NCBI GenBank assembly: GCA_002104905.1
Contig: MCFE01000131.1
Location: forward strand, 1-64,000
Direction of reading: 5' to 3'
DNA: 64,000 nt
Source: Basidiobolus meristosporus CBS 931.73
Lineage: Eukaryota > Fungi > Basidiobolomycota
The translations under genes were made by a program, and so were the position numbers. Positions 1 to 11,395 of the stretch are shown in pieces (position 1 is the first letter of the stretch; every line of letters starts with the position of its first letter). Below the pieces are notes generated by a model. That model saw only the letters and a program-made list of their open reading frames with translations. It searched no databases and had not been told where the DNA came from.

Positions 1-134
1 TGGGGAAGGTTATCTTTTGATTTTCAGAGTTTGTACAGCCTTAGAGCAATGGCTTTAGGGCCGAATACAACACTTGACTATTTGGCGCAACATATTTAAT
101 CTAATATATGTATTGCCTCAACCACAAAGAAATT

Positions 135-207
135 GCTTCCTTAGCGCAGTTGGCAGCGCGTTAGTCTCATAATCTGAAGGTCGCCAGTTCGATCCTGGCA
201 GGGAGCA
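135..207 (+). tRNA. tRNA-Met (CAT), elongator type
   Basis: GCTTCCTTAGCGCAGTTGGCAGCGCGTTAGTCTCATAATCTGAAGGTCGCCAGTTCGATCCTGGCAGGGAGCA folds into a cloverleaf. It has the anticodon loop CTCATAA, a T-loop TTCGATC, the 31-39 T.T pair typical of elongator Met, and a downstream T-run terminator (~214-220). Confidence 0.95.
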
Positions 208-382
208 AATATCTTTTTTTGATATTCTCATGCAAAATATACAGAGAAACCTTTTCCGATGGATTCAAAGTATACTGTTTTTCATTTACTTTTGTAAGAG
301 GTTTAAACGCTACGACAAAGATTTAGCATATTCGCATTAACATGTTGGAATTTAAGTGATAACAATTCCTAACAACCACGTG

Positions 383-412
383 GCCCGGCTAGCTCAATCG
401 GTAGAGCGTCAG
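383..412 (+). pseudogene. 5' half of a tRNA-Lys-like gene (truncated)
   Basis: GCCCGGCTAGCTCAATCGGTAGAGCGTCAG matches the acceptor strand, D-arm/A-box and start of the anticodon stem of eukaryotic tRNA-Lys(CTT). No anticodon loop, B-box or 3' half follows. Confidence 0.6.
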
Positions 413-800
413 TAGTTATGTATTTTCATCAATGTGAAACAACAGTCATTGATGACTACAGCTCCTGGAATGTGTATGTGGGGTTGTCCCTTCTTGGCAT
501 GTACTTGGAGGATGTTACTCATTTACAGTAGGATATCAAATCCTTAATCACATGTACATGAAAAAGACCAAGTCCAATATAGCGGTCACAAAACAAGTGA
601 TGTAGCTTAGTGAGTAATCAGATATTCAGCTCAATAGGCACTGTTCCCATGTGCGGCTATCCTTGGTGATAGAATAACACTGTCATTAATTATTCATTTC
701 AAGTGTTAGGTCTTACATCCCAATGTGCATATGGGTTTTGTATGTAAACCATAATATGTTCCAATCCGATTCGTATTTATCATGTATTACCTAACTACTA
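410..800. mobile_element. possible small TIR element (MITE-like) abutting the tRNA fragment
   Basis: The left end CAGTAGTTATGTATTTTCAT resembles the reverse complement of the right end (CATGTATTACCTAACTACTA). No convincing TSD. Confidence 0.35.
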
Positions 801-2492
801 GTTGTTGAAACAAGAAATATGCAGTTTTCTATGCTTAGATAGGTTGACGAAATTCCGGGCCCCTTTGTTGCCTTATTGTGCACAGTAATGAACCTGATAA
901 AACAATAGTGTTCATGTGAAGTGAAGTTCCGTTGCCATCAGGATGTACAAATCTTCCGATAATAAATGTATGGGAGAGGAGATTTTAATTTTCAGATACC
1001 ACATCAAAGACAAAGGGGTGCATGAGTACTTTAGAGCGGATGTAAGGCGAAATACTGGGAAAATTTCGTATTGGGGATGGGCAATTGAGTAAACCTTGAT
1101 GCTACTAGATGAACTATCAAGGATTTGTCTGTATTGCATTTAGCATAGTCCGCCTTATATATAGAGGGGAGTTGCCAAGCAGGAACTCATTCACATTTAC
1201 TCTTCAATAGACGCTTGATGCGCCTTTAAATGATCTTATAGACTTCAATCCACAGATTCAGCTCTGAAAGCACTACTGCGTTAATTATACTTTCTGACGG
1301 GGTCATGAACATTGAGTTCAATCTATTTATACTTTGAATACGCTACCCGCTTCATACTCTTCCAATTCCTTTTTCCTTTTGCTTCCTGCCTTCAGCTTAA
1401 TCTGCTTCCCATCCACATTGGCGATACGCACCCCCATCCGAATCTTTTTAAACCCGAGCTTCAACTGTATGATGGAGATGGATTGGTGTCTTGGCTGTGA
1501 TAAGCAGATGCTCTTCAAGGTGAATTTTCAGTCATCCATGAGCACCGAAAAGACTCTAATTCATCTTGATGACTGATATCTAGGAAGGAGTATATTGCAG
1601 CGATCGCTGCCGACTCGAGGATCAGATGAAGAGCAAAGTAGATTTGAAGGTGGCTACGGAGTGTCTGGCATTCTCACGGGTTCCCAATCGACTCTACAGA
1701 CTTCCATCGATCTTAATACCTAGCTGTAAGAGTGCCCATAAAGGGGGTCTCGACGGGCCAACCATATTAAAATCAAGCCACAGCTCAGTGAGATTCGAGT
1801 CACTGATAACCCCACCAGCTACACCGCGTCTAATGCCCCATGGAATCGACAACTGGAACACACCATGGCAGGCCAAGAAGTCATCCGAAATGCTACCAGT
1901 AGAATACCAAAGATCTTGGGAGCCAAGCTCTGTTCACTTTTTTTATTAGCTCAAGTTGGTTCGTCAACGCCTTCATCCATTTTGAACCATAGACCAGTAT
2001 ACCTTAAAAATCTGCCTCCAAAAAAATCATTGAAGCCAAATGGCTCCTTTTCTGCGAGCCTTCGTATAGCGTCCGCGACTTAAGCTACGAGCCCTAAATT
2101 AAAGATTTTGTTCGCATATGTATTACTCCAACTATAAAAAACCATTAACACCATGTGTATTAGCAAGATTCACTGCTGGTGAGCAATTCCTTCGAACTAC
2201 ATGTCCCCTACACTGGAAAGGCTGTGCACAACAGGGTCATGTTTCTATGGTCATGCTTTAGTCACAAGCAACTTCATCCGGTAACCCGGTAATAGCCTCA
2301 AGTGCTTCCATACAAATGGCCGACAAAGTCAGTTGGGAGCATCGCTGTTAAAGATCATGTTACTAATGGTACAGAGAGTGGATGACTTTAGTAATCGGTA
2401 ATGCCAATACATCTACGGAAAGAGACAACACACTTTTCAATCCACCTCATTCATAATTACTGAGTCATCAATTTGCCTAAGCAACCATAATC

Positions 2493-3217
2493 CTAAACTA
2501 GAAGATGGACTATTAAGGTTTTAACCATACTATATGCCCAGGTAGCTCCTTCGTACACACGTAAAGGCTCGTTTACGGACCCAGTCTCCGTTTGGGCGTT
2601 ATCATTGCTGATTGGGGGTGGGTAGGGTCTAGTTTGCCCCTGCCCCTGCTGGGGTTCGGCTGGAGCGCCATTAGAACCCTTGTACGCAGGGTTGGGCTTG
2701 TCTCCGGGAACTGCCTTGAGATTACGGATGGTAACCATACGCTCTTGGACGTTGGTTACTGGCTCATTCACGCCCTTCTTTGATTGTGAATAGATCATTC
2801 TTAATCTGTACCGAGTACCAAGTTCGAAGTCGGAAGAAAGTTCGTTGGGAATCTCCCAATAGTACACCTCGTAGGGCTTGCGACGGGGAAGGTCAGACAC
2901 TGGCGTAGGTCCCATTATGGTTTGCAACTTGCTTTTTCCAAACTCATCGTACAACATTAGAGATATAGTTGGGTCACCTACAACATCAGCTTCCGGTGTC
3001 TGGATAATGCTGATTCCCATGAAATCACCGGCGTTGTAGCTTGGTTTGATTGACATATAGTCGAAGTCGAGTGAGGCTGTTATAATAAAAGGGTGCGTTA
3101 GCTAGAGCGGTAGTAAAGAAGGGCAAACAGCGTGCTTGAATATTCTTGATACCACTTACCCATCACACTGACAGTTAACAAAAAGAGCGGACACAGGTGT
3201 TTAACAAGATTCACCAT
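2493..3217 (-). CDS. secreted, probably cell-surface/GPI-anchored protein with a Kre9/KNH-like (Ser/Thr GPI-family) N-terminal domain; 2 exons (3217-3160, 3076-2493)
   Basis: Exon 1 encodes the signal peptide MVNLVKHLCPLFLLTVSVMA. An 83-nt intron (GTAAGT...GCTAAC...CAG) splices in frame into the 187-aa ORF. Motif YYWEIPNELSSDFELGTRYRLRM, a Pro/Gln/Gly linker and a hydrophobic C-terminus. The family assignment is by motif resemblance only. Confidence 0.72.
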
Positions 3218-4124
3218 ATTGTGTTCGCCTCGAGTTTGAAAGAGTAAATAAGGTTCAGTGAAGTACAAATACTACGGTAAACGAAGAGAGCCAGTCACGA
3301 AGTGGAGACCTTAAAGGGTAACGAATTTAAAAGGCAAAGTACTGAAAGTCTAGAGGTGGATATAGTGGAGGTGGCGAAAATATCAAATTTTAAGATGCCT
3401 AAACCAACCCATAATTTGAAAGTACATTATTATATATGAAATCTACTCAGCCGCTCACCCGGGGTCCTCAAAAGCCCGCAACCCTCGTAGGCGTCCTAGT
3501 CACCTGGTAAACGAGCATTCCAGGATCTCTGAGATCACCCTGAGTGCCCCTGAACCCCAGGAAGTCCATCTGTGTCCAAGCCTATTCCCCAAGTATAGGG
3601 AGAGTGTGAGCTTTTCGCTAGAAACATTACTGTTGGGCCAATTGCATCATTCTCTGCGGCGGCTGAAACCCAATTCATATATACTGGCTTTTTATTAAAA
3701 TTAGAAACATTATAAATAAACACGGATGACAAAGATAAGGAATCACGTGTAGCGACTTCGAAACCAGCATTGCTAAAATAGCACCAACTAGGGTGTATGC
3801 TGAGAAGTCAGACAGGTGAAAAAGCAGTACGTTATAAATAGATCAATGGTAAATGGAATTGCCAAACGGCATCACTCCATCAAAACCGAAAACCCAAATG
3901 GAAGGCTGAGCACAGCCCATATGTGGAGATTTTCAGCATAGACACATGCACGACATTGAAGGCGAAGAAACATAAAGCTGGACCTGGGAGAACAGAGGGC
4001 GCACCTAAATGCTTGCCCAAGATGATAATGAAGCGGGGAGATCACATCGCCTCAAACCGGACATTATCAGCGAGCCCCACAGTTGCTCTACCATTATAGA
4101 AGCCTTTGAAGCGCGCGACAGCCA

Positions 4125-5433
4125 TCAGCTTCTCCTAGAAGAGGGCTCGGATCGACGTTTGGACATTCCTTGAATATTGCCCAGATTGAGGTAGCCCGAC
4201 CTAGTTTTCCCTTTCTCTCCATCCCACTCAGCGCGGCAATAAACTGTGGAAAGGTTAGGGAATAACCACATGCAAAGCCATACTATAAACAATCCACCCA
4301 CCGCATGTAACTTGCTCCCCCGACTTGCGTTTGGCCAGACTCCAATGGCTCCAACATTCCTATTTACTTGCGCATTAATGCCTTACACATTCTGCCATTT
4401 CAGTTAGAATGCGCCTACCTCGTGAACGTTGTTGCCGCATTGCACTTTACACCACACGAGTTGATCAGTTGGCTTCATTTCTTCATAGCATATAGGACAC
4501 TCGCCAGTGATTGCCTTGCGCAACGAGCTATCGGACTCCTCTGCACCTCCCTGGCAATGAGCTTCATATGCTTTACGGGTTTTTTCGTTCGCCTTGGGAT
4601 GGTTTAGTTTTGGAATAAAATCTATGTATGTGAAGCCAATGCTGCTTACTAGGCTGGTCACGTCTGGGGCATTGGTCAGTATCTCCTCAAGTTCCTGGAT
4701 ACGCAGGTTAGTACCATGATGAACACGCTGCTTTGAGTGTGGCCTACCGAAGTTAGCAACGCGGCCTGGTATATGTAGGGACTTTCACTTGATACCCGCA
4801 AAACCTTCAAATAAACAAATAGAATATGTTTGCAGAGATTGCCACGAACAAAGTCAGGGCAGTTGCAGTTAGGAATATGCCCAAGGTCAACACTGTACAC
4901 CTTGAAGTTTGAAACAGATCAACATTTTGCCTGACTGGCTGAATTACTAAATTTACTTTACGTTTCCGGTTGAACCCAAAACTGCAAACTTCTGTTGAGC
5001 GTGAGCAATCACCTCTCGACTCAGCAGGAACATTCTTTGGTTTTTGGCTCGCTCAATACGCTGTTGGATTTTCTGAAATGGATCAATTAAAGAGGTGAGC
5101 AAGCTGGGGGAGCCTCTCCGAACACCAAAGAGAGAAGACACGTACCTCAGGGCATGAGCTCCGAAATCTCTTCTTTCTTTTCTCTTTCGCAACCTTGTTC
5201 TTGGCCGCTAGCTGGGGTTTTCTTCCAGCGTTTTGTCCCTTCCTTCTGCCCTTGGTCGCCTGTCGCTTCGTTGAGCTTTCGCTGTCGTTGATCTCTATCA
5301 CCTCTCTATCTCTCTTTTCCCCAACATTTTTCAACGTTCTGTCCATTTTCTCTCGTATCCTAGCGCTCTGCCTTTGGGGGACACTGCGCTCAGAAGACTC
5401 TTCGTTATCGGAGGTTAAATCGTATACCCTCAT
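4125..5433 (-). CDS. SWIM zinc-finger + C4HC3 RING-type domain protein (putative E3 ligase, ZSWIM2/MEX-like), multi-exon
   Basis: Spliced in frame: exons 5433-5146, 5072-4962, 4900-4748, 4694-... Sequence reads KIQQRIERAKNQRMFLL...LGSTGN|VYSVDLGHIPNCNCPDFVRGNLCKHILFV (SWIM), then CPICYEEM...WCKVQCGNNVHE|ECWSHW...VTC|VYCRAEW (RING), ending RRS* at 4125. Introns are GT-AG. Confidence 0.92.
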
Positions 5434-5723
5434 GAAAACTGGTGGTGTAAGGCAACAATAGTCTACCCGCGAAGCTACGTGATCACAGTAAATAATGTGG
5501 ATCTGCCGCAGCCAATGACCACACAATCAGAGAGTTCTTGTGCATTGTACCAAGGCAATTAAATTGCATCTGACAAATAATCTGGAAAATTACTTTATTA
5601 CACTGCACCTTAAATACCGCACAAACAGATATAACGATCGGAAGGAAATCCATTGGGATCGTCAGCGAGCACAATTCGCACCCATGATGGTCCAAACAGC
5701 ACCACAAAAGGCATCAGCTAGTT

Positions 5724-6378
5724 TTAAACGGAAATCTTGACACCCAGCAACTTGATAAATTCACGGACAAGTGCAGGATGAGCAGGCCAGGCCTTGGCGG
5801 TCACGAGATTGCCATGAACAACAGCATCTTCGACTGAGCAATCTTGGAACTTGCCACCTGCTAGAGCCACTTCGGGTGTACAGGCAGGATAGGCTGTGCA
5901 GTCCTTACCCTTCAATAACTCGGGATACTTGACGGCAGCAGCGGACAAGATCTGGATACCATGGCAAATGGCCGACACAGGCTTGTTGAGCTTGAAGAAC
6001 TCAACAACGTAATCCAAAACTTGAGAGTTTAAGCGCAAGTATTCAGGAGCTCTGCCGCCAGGGATGTAAAGGCCGTCATAATCAGATACCTTGACAGCAT
6101 TGAAATCGTAAGTGATGCCGAAGTAGTGACCAGGCTTTTCGGAGTAGGTTTGCTCCCCTTCGAAGTCATGGATGGCGGTGCGGATCTGGTAAAGGAGTCA
6201 GCAGAGGGCACGGCCGTTTACGGCATGATGGTCAGCTTACCTTGTCACCGGGTTTCTTCTCGGGACAGACGACATCTACTTGGAAACCGATGGCTAGCAA
6301 TGCCTGGTAGGGGACCATGATCTCGTAATCCTCAACATAATCACCAGCAATTACCAAAATCCTTTTACCTAGCGACAT
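5724..6378 (-). CDS. DJ-1/PfpI family protein (class I glutamine amidotransferase-like; putative glyoxalase III/deglycase), 2 exons (6378-6241, 6185-5724)
   Basis: [27 protein letters not shown]...PGDK|[20 protein letters not shown]...[13 protein letters not shown]...SAICHG...TAKAWPAHP. The catalytic Glu (EDYE) and Cys-His (ICHG) are present. 55-nt GT-AG intron at 6186-6240. Confidence 0.95.
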
Positions 6379-7211
6379 CTTTGAGAAGTGAGCAGTTTAA
6401 CGTGATCCGGCTGCTTTCGTCACTCCAGCACCTTATAAAGGGTTGAGAATGCCATACGAGGAACGCACGTGACACAGGCAAGATTAGTAATTGATTGCGC
6501 ACGTTGGAGGTAACGAAGATAGCCTTTGAGCAAGCATCGTGATCTCGATTGCCACACGTGCGTAGCCCATTTTGCGTAAACCGAACCACGCACAAATCCG
6601 TTCGTGCAACAAGGCGACTGGGCAGAGCCGGCAGAGGCAGTTCCCAATTTAGTCGCACATCCACAAGCTTCAAACGACGGACAGCGCGGCGGCCTGGAAA
6701 GGCATTGCGCTGACGGTTGAGCTTGATGTCAGCAGCCCTCCATAAATGGGAGATAAGCGCTGTCTATCCCCTTCGAGAACCTACCAAACTGCAGTCAACC
6801 ACCAGGCGCGGACTGCACCAGATGGAGATCGAATCTGCAGCGGATGCCGATTGGGCCACCTCGATACGTAAGCACACTTGATATCTGCAGATCATGGAGC
6901 TTTTCGGTGCAAACGCAATCCGGATCCAGAGGGCCTGTGTGCACAGAAGTTGCCACAAACCAATGGAAGCTCAGCGCCGATTTCCATACTCGGTGACCGA
7001 CGCTCGTAGGGAATAAGGGGCTCTGGATGTTTATTAGATTTGAGGGATGAGTTATATACATCATATTATGGGCAGTTTAATTTATAGATGAGCTTCGGCA
7101 CTCGTTCGTCTGAATTGGAGATTAGTGGCTGTACACAGGGGACACAACGCTGGCTGCTGAATTGGCTGGTGGAGTGGCTCTCGCGATGCGTGGTTGGGTA
7201 CGAATGCAGCA

Positions 7212-8315
7212 TTAATCCTGGGTGCTTATCTTGCCCAAGCCATTTAAATATTCCATGACTTGATTCACGTTCGTGATGCCCATGGAGATCTGGCTGATGG
7301 CCGAATTGGCGAAATTGGCGCTTTTGATCAGCTCCACTTTGAGGTAGTTCACTTGTTGGCTCAAGCTTTCAGTCACCCTCTGGCTCTCGACCGATTGCCT
7401 TTCGTTTTCTTGCTGCAGTCTTTCGTTCTCCATCCTCAGGAGTCCCATCTGTTCCTTCAGCTCCAGAAGCTCTTTCCTGAGCTCTTTCTCACTCTGCGTT
7501 ACAGTCTGCAATTGCGACGACAGCTTTGAATGCGTTTCTTCGTATTTCTCCTTGTTCTTTTGCAAACACAACAGCTCGTCCTGCTGCGAGGCAAGTTGGC
7601 TCTGGAGCGAGGTGACCTGAAAGTAGGCCCGCTTTAGCTCGCCCTGAGTCTGCTCTAGAGCCCCGGAAACGGCACGCGGCTTAGGCAGCGGCTTCGTAGA
7701 TCTTGATTTGCCCAATTCCCCATAATCTCGGGCCGGTTGTCCAGCTTGTGCTTGAGTTGAATGAATACGGGTGAAAGCTTTGGTGTCAGATGCAATGGCA
7801 TCTGCCTCTTCAGATAACAGTTCCGCACCCTCCTTGCTCAGTGTATGACCACAGGGATGACTCTGTCTGCGTTTATGCACTGGAGGTGAAGGTAGACTCT
7901 TCCTTTGGGACATTTCGGGGCTTTCCGACGTCTTGCTTTGAATGAAGGGAATAGGTGCAGGAATCCCCTCTTCCATCTGGAGTTTCTCAGTAGGCAACGA
8001 GGAAGGGGAGTAGAAATCGTCTTCAGTACGGTAAATGTCCTCGTTGATGGCTGGCTCTTTCGTTGGCGAGTGTCTGTTTGAGTAAAAATACAGCAGGGTT
8101 GGCGACACAGGGTTGCCACGAGATCCCTCGTGAAGGTAGGTGAGAACTTCGGACTCGGGGACCTTCGGGGGTAAAGTGGGCCTTGCTCGAACTGGCTTCG
8201 GCGAGAGCAAGGGTACTTGGGGCAATGGTCTGCCATGGGGAAAAGGCTCTGTCTGGTCCAAGAGAGGATCCTTGGGAGAAGCAGTTGGTGGTCTTGAGGA
8301 GCAATGGGTGATCAT
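7212..8315 (-). CDS. hypothetical protein, Pro/Ser-rich N-terminus and C-terminal coiled coil (367 aa)
   Basis: Long open frame with a true ATG at 8315. Heptad-like E/Q/K/L-rich stretch (QGELKRAYFQVTSLQSQLASQQDELL...QQVNYLKVEL). No family recognised. Confidence 0.72.
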   Translation of the reverse strand: MITHCSSRPPTASPKDPLLDQTEPFPHGRPLPQVPLLSPKPVRARPTLPPKVPESEVLTYLHEGSRGNPVSPTLLYFYSNRHSPTKEPAINEDIYRTEDDFYSPSSLPTEKLQMEEGIPAPIPFIQSKTSESPEMSQRKSLPSPPVHKRRQSHPCGHTLSKEGAELLSEEADAIASDTKAFTRIHSTQAQAGQPARDYGELGKSRSTKPLPKPRAVSGALEQTQGELKRAYFQVTSLQSQLASQQDELLCLQKNKEKYEETHSKLSSQLQTVTQSEKELRKELLELKEQMGLLRMENERLQQENERQSVESQRVTESLSQQVNYLKVELIKSANFANSAISQISMGITNVNQVMEYLNGLGKISTQD

Positions 8316-9364
8316 TCGAAACGATCCAGGTTAGAAAGCGGACTTGGCTTGTGACGCAGAGAGGGAGAGTGGTTAGAACTTCACGCGGCGCACCAAAATT
8401 TAGGGTTGAAAAGCAAGGATTAGGTTGTAAAGATTAGAATTAAGGTGGAAAGATTGGTTAGTCGGATCGAGAGAGAGTTAAGCTCCGGACGGACGACCGG
8501 TCCCTGGAATTTAGGGAATCCCATTGATCTCCTTGTTACTGGCTGTGATGTGGTGCCATGGTGGCAACCTGGTGCGCCTTATGGAAACCATGGTATATAA
8601 TCATCGAGGTGAGCGTATTGAATGGTTGCGATTATAACATTAACGGGACGGACACCTGCCTGAAGCAATGGCTGATCCCCACCATGCTTTGGAAATCGAT
8701 CATTTCGCCACAGCGGTGGGCCTTGATGCCTGGTGATTGGCCAGCCCGCTCAAGTTAAAAATATCTGTGGTCGATAGGTTTGTTGACACTTGGCGCAGTG
8801 TGCGGCTCCCTATTCGGTGATGGATTTAATTGAATGCCTATTGACCGGCCCATTGTCGACCCACTGGAGTTGGGCGATGAGCGCGATTGAACAGGATATG
8901 CAAACCGATATTAACTGCTTAATTGGTGATGGTTACGAAGCGGCCCTGATTGGTGCTCGCCACATCATGGATATTCACTACTGGTGTTACGCGGTGAACC
9001 GGTTGGGACCGATTTCCAGGCCAGACGGCCCGGATACGAGCAGTTGCCCTTCGCCTAGTCTGCTCGTTTAACCCCCTTTGGGCTGGGTCCGATTCCGAAC
9101 CATCTAATCAGCTTCTTTGATCTGGTTCACTTTGGTCACTGCTTGGCTAAGAAATGGTCATGGTGGCTCTGGTGACAAGCAGGACAAGTCTTGGGTTAGG
9201 CTGAAAACCAGTCTTCCTCAGGCATAGATCTATAATTGTAGATGCTGGATAGTGGAGGAAAGTGAGTGGGGCTGATGAATGCCAGGAGTGAGAGGAGGGA
9301 CTTATTGCCAACCTGATCAGTCTGTCAATGATGCAATTCTCAATATTAACATCCATCTGGCTTC

Positions 9365-9645
9365 TGTTGTAAATTTTGTAATTGCACCTAAATACACCCC
9401 TAATTTAGTCACTTGGATCATTACCCACAAATCTTGGAGAATTCTGGCCAAATTCCTAGTCAGGATTTGGAATATTTTCACCAAAATATTGGGCACACAG
9501 AACATGCAATTTCTCAAGGTTGCCCAAACAGCCCCAAACATTGTGCACATGCTCTTGGGACCTTGCTAAACATTTTCTGTGCATTTCTTTGGCCAAGACC
9601 ATGCACAAGTATCAATACCAGTATTACATTCAACAAGTCACTGAG
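9365..9645 (+). repeat. truncated copia LTR (family 1), inverted relative to the neighbouring copies
   Basis: Starts TGTTGTAAATTTTGTAATTGCACC and is the reverse-complement homologue of the LTRs at 11048-11395 and 15589-15936. Confidence 0.8.
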
Positions 9646-11047
9646 GACTTCATCAGCTTCTTTGCTTTGGCATTGTAGAGTCTGTATGCCTTACTCTCAT
9701 TGCAGTAGCCCAAAAATATGAATTTTATACTTTTTGGCTCATATTTTGACTGATTTCCAGGCAGATTCTTGGCATATGCTTTACACCCAGATATTCTTAG
9801 ATGTTCTGCACTTAGCCTGTATCCATACCATGCTTCAGATGGAGTAGAATCACAAAGTAGTCTGTGGTAACTCCTATTTTTAAGGTATACAGCTGTGACA
9901 AGTGATTCTGCCCAAAAATCATAGAATAATTCCCAATCATGGATCATAGATCTTGCCACATCAATTATTGATCTGTTTGCATGTTTTGCTACTCTATTTT
10001 GCTGTGGGGAGTATGGTACAGTAGTCTCTTGCTTTTTCCCATGAATTTTGCTGAAATGGATGAAGAGTTTTGAGATATATTCTCCACCATTGTCAGAGCA
10101 TATTATCTGATTTTTTCACCAGCTTCTCTCTCCACCATGGCTTTAAACTCCCGGAGCTTAGACACTGCTTCTTCCTTTCTTTCTATGAAGTAGGCCCATG
10201 TGTATCTTGTCTAATCATTGATAAAAGTGATTTAATACTTCATCCTGCCTAAGGATAAATCTTGCATAGGTCCACATAGATCTTAGTGAGTTAAAGTTGA
10301 TTTTTTCTTGGTATGGATTAGCCCAGAGCTCTTGTTTCCCATACATGCAGGCTTCACAGTGGTACAAATTTACTGGGGATTGATTTTTACTCCTGAAATT
10401 GTATGATCTTTGGTTATTTACTTATATTGGCTCCCAGATAAGAAGGAATATATGTCAACTTGTACATCTCAACAATATAGAAATTATTTGGGTCATTGAT
10501 CATGCATTCAGAATTGTCAAAACTGAAATTGGGTCCTTCTGTGGAGGCCTTACTCACAAATAGTAGGTTCTTGGCTATTTCTAGTACATAGAGTACATTT
10601 GCATACCTTCCTTCACTCCATCTGAGGTTTACTTGGATAGTTCTCTCTCCACCAGCATCAAGTGCTTATTCATCACCCATGTAAACATTCTGAATTGGAA
10701 TTTCTTGATATTGGGTGAAAAGTTATTTTGGTATTCAAAGTGTTGAGATGCTCCAGAGTTGGTATAACATCTCCAAAAGGCCTTGCTTATGGTCATATTC
10801 ACTGCAGATATGAAAAGCCTATCTTCAGTTGTTGCAGCAATTCCATATTGAGGCTTTTTCTGCTAATTATTTTGTTGCAATTGCTGTTAAAGGGCCTTGA
10901 GTACCTCCTTTGTAGTTTATTATTGCTGATTAAAGCACTTTTGTCTTGCTTCTTATAGGTACTTGTTTTTCTTAACTCTTCATCCAGGAGTCTCCCATAT
11001 ACAAAGTTCAAGGCCAAATCTTCAGATCTAGACTCTAAGGTTGAAAC

Positions 11048-11395
11048 TGTTATAAGAGTCTTGGAGATATTGGAAGTGATTTGGAGAACAAGTAGATTAT
11101 GTGGTTTTCACTTAATGATTTATTGAATGTAAAAGTAGTATTTATACTTTTACATAGTCTTGGCATAGCAAACATGTAAAATACGTTAAAGAAGGTCCCA
11201 AGAACATGTGTGCAAAGTTTGGGGCTGTTTGGACAACTTTGAGAATTTTCATGTTCTGCATACCTGGTATTTTGGTGAAAATATTCTAAGTAAATCCCAA
11301 CAAGGAATTTGGTCAGTATTCTCTAGGATTTGAAGGTAATGATCTAAGTGACTAAGTTAGGTGAGTATTTAGGTGGAATTACAAATTTTACAACA
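11048..11395 (-). repeat. 3' LTR of copia family 1 element
   Basis: TGTTG...AACA ends, direct repeat of 15589-15936, and preceded on the minus strand by the end of pol and ...TTGGAG. Confidence 0.9.

Noticed and set aside
1-20. TGGGGAAGGT followed by a T-run, possibly the 3' end of another tRNA
   Set aside because: Too little sequence lies inside the window to test.
135-207. The local tRNA-Met as the primer for the retroelements in the window
   Set aside because: It is an elongator tRNA whose 3' end would give PBS TGGTGCTCCC, matching neither TGGTAGCAG nor GGTTATGAGCCC.
912-2100. Several 60-107 aa ORFs on both strands, one with a TATA-like motif upstream of 1139
   Set aside because: No recognisable domain, consistent frame or splice model.
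3535-3732. 65-aa minus-strand ORF
   Set aside because: No ATG start or motif support; it lies in an intergenic/promoter region.
8460-9270. GC-balanced stretch with short ORFs and several ATTGG/CCAAT motifs
   Set aside because: Best explained as promoter/intergenic DNA of the 8315 gene. No coherent coding frame.
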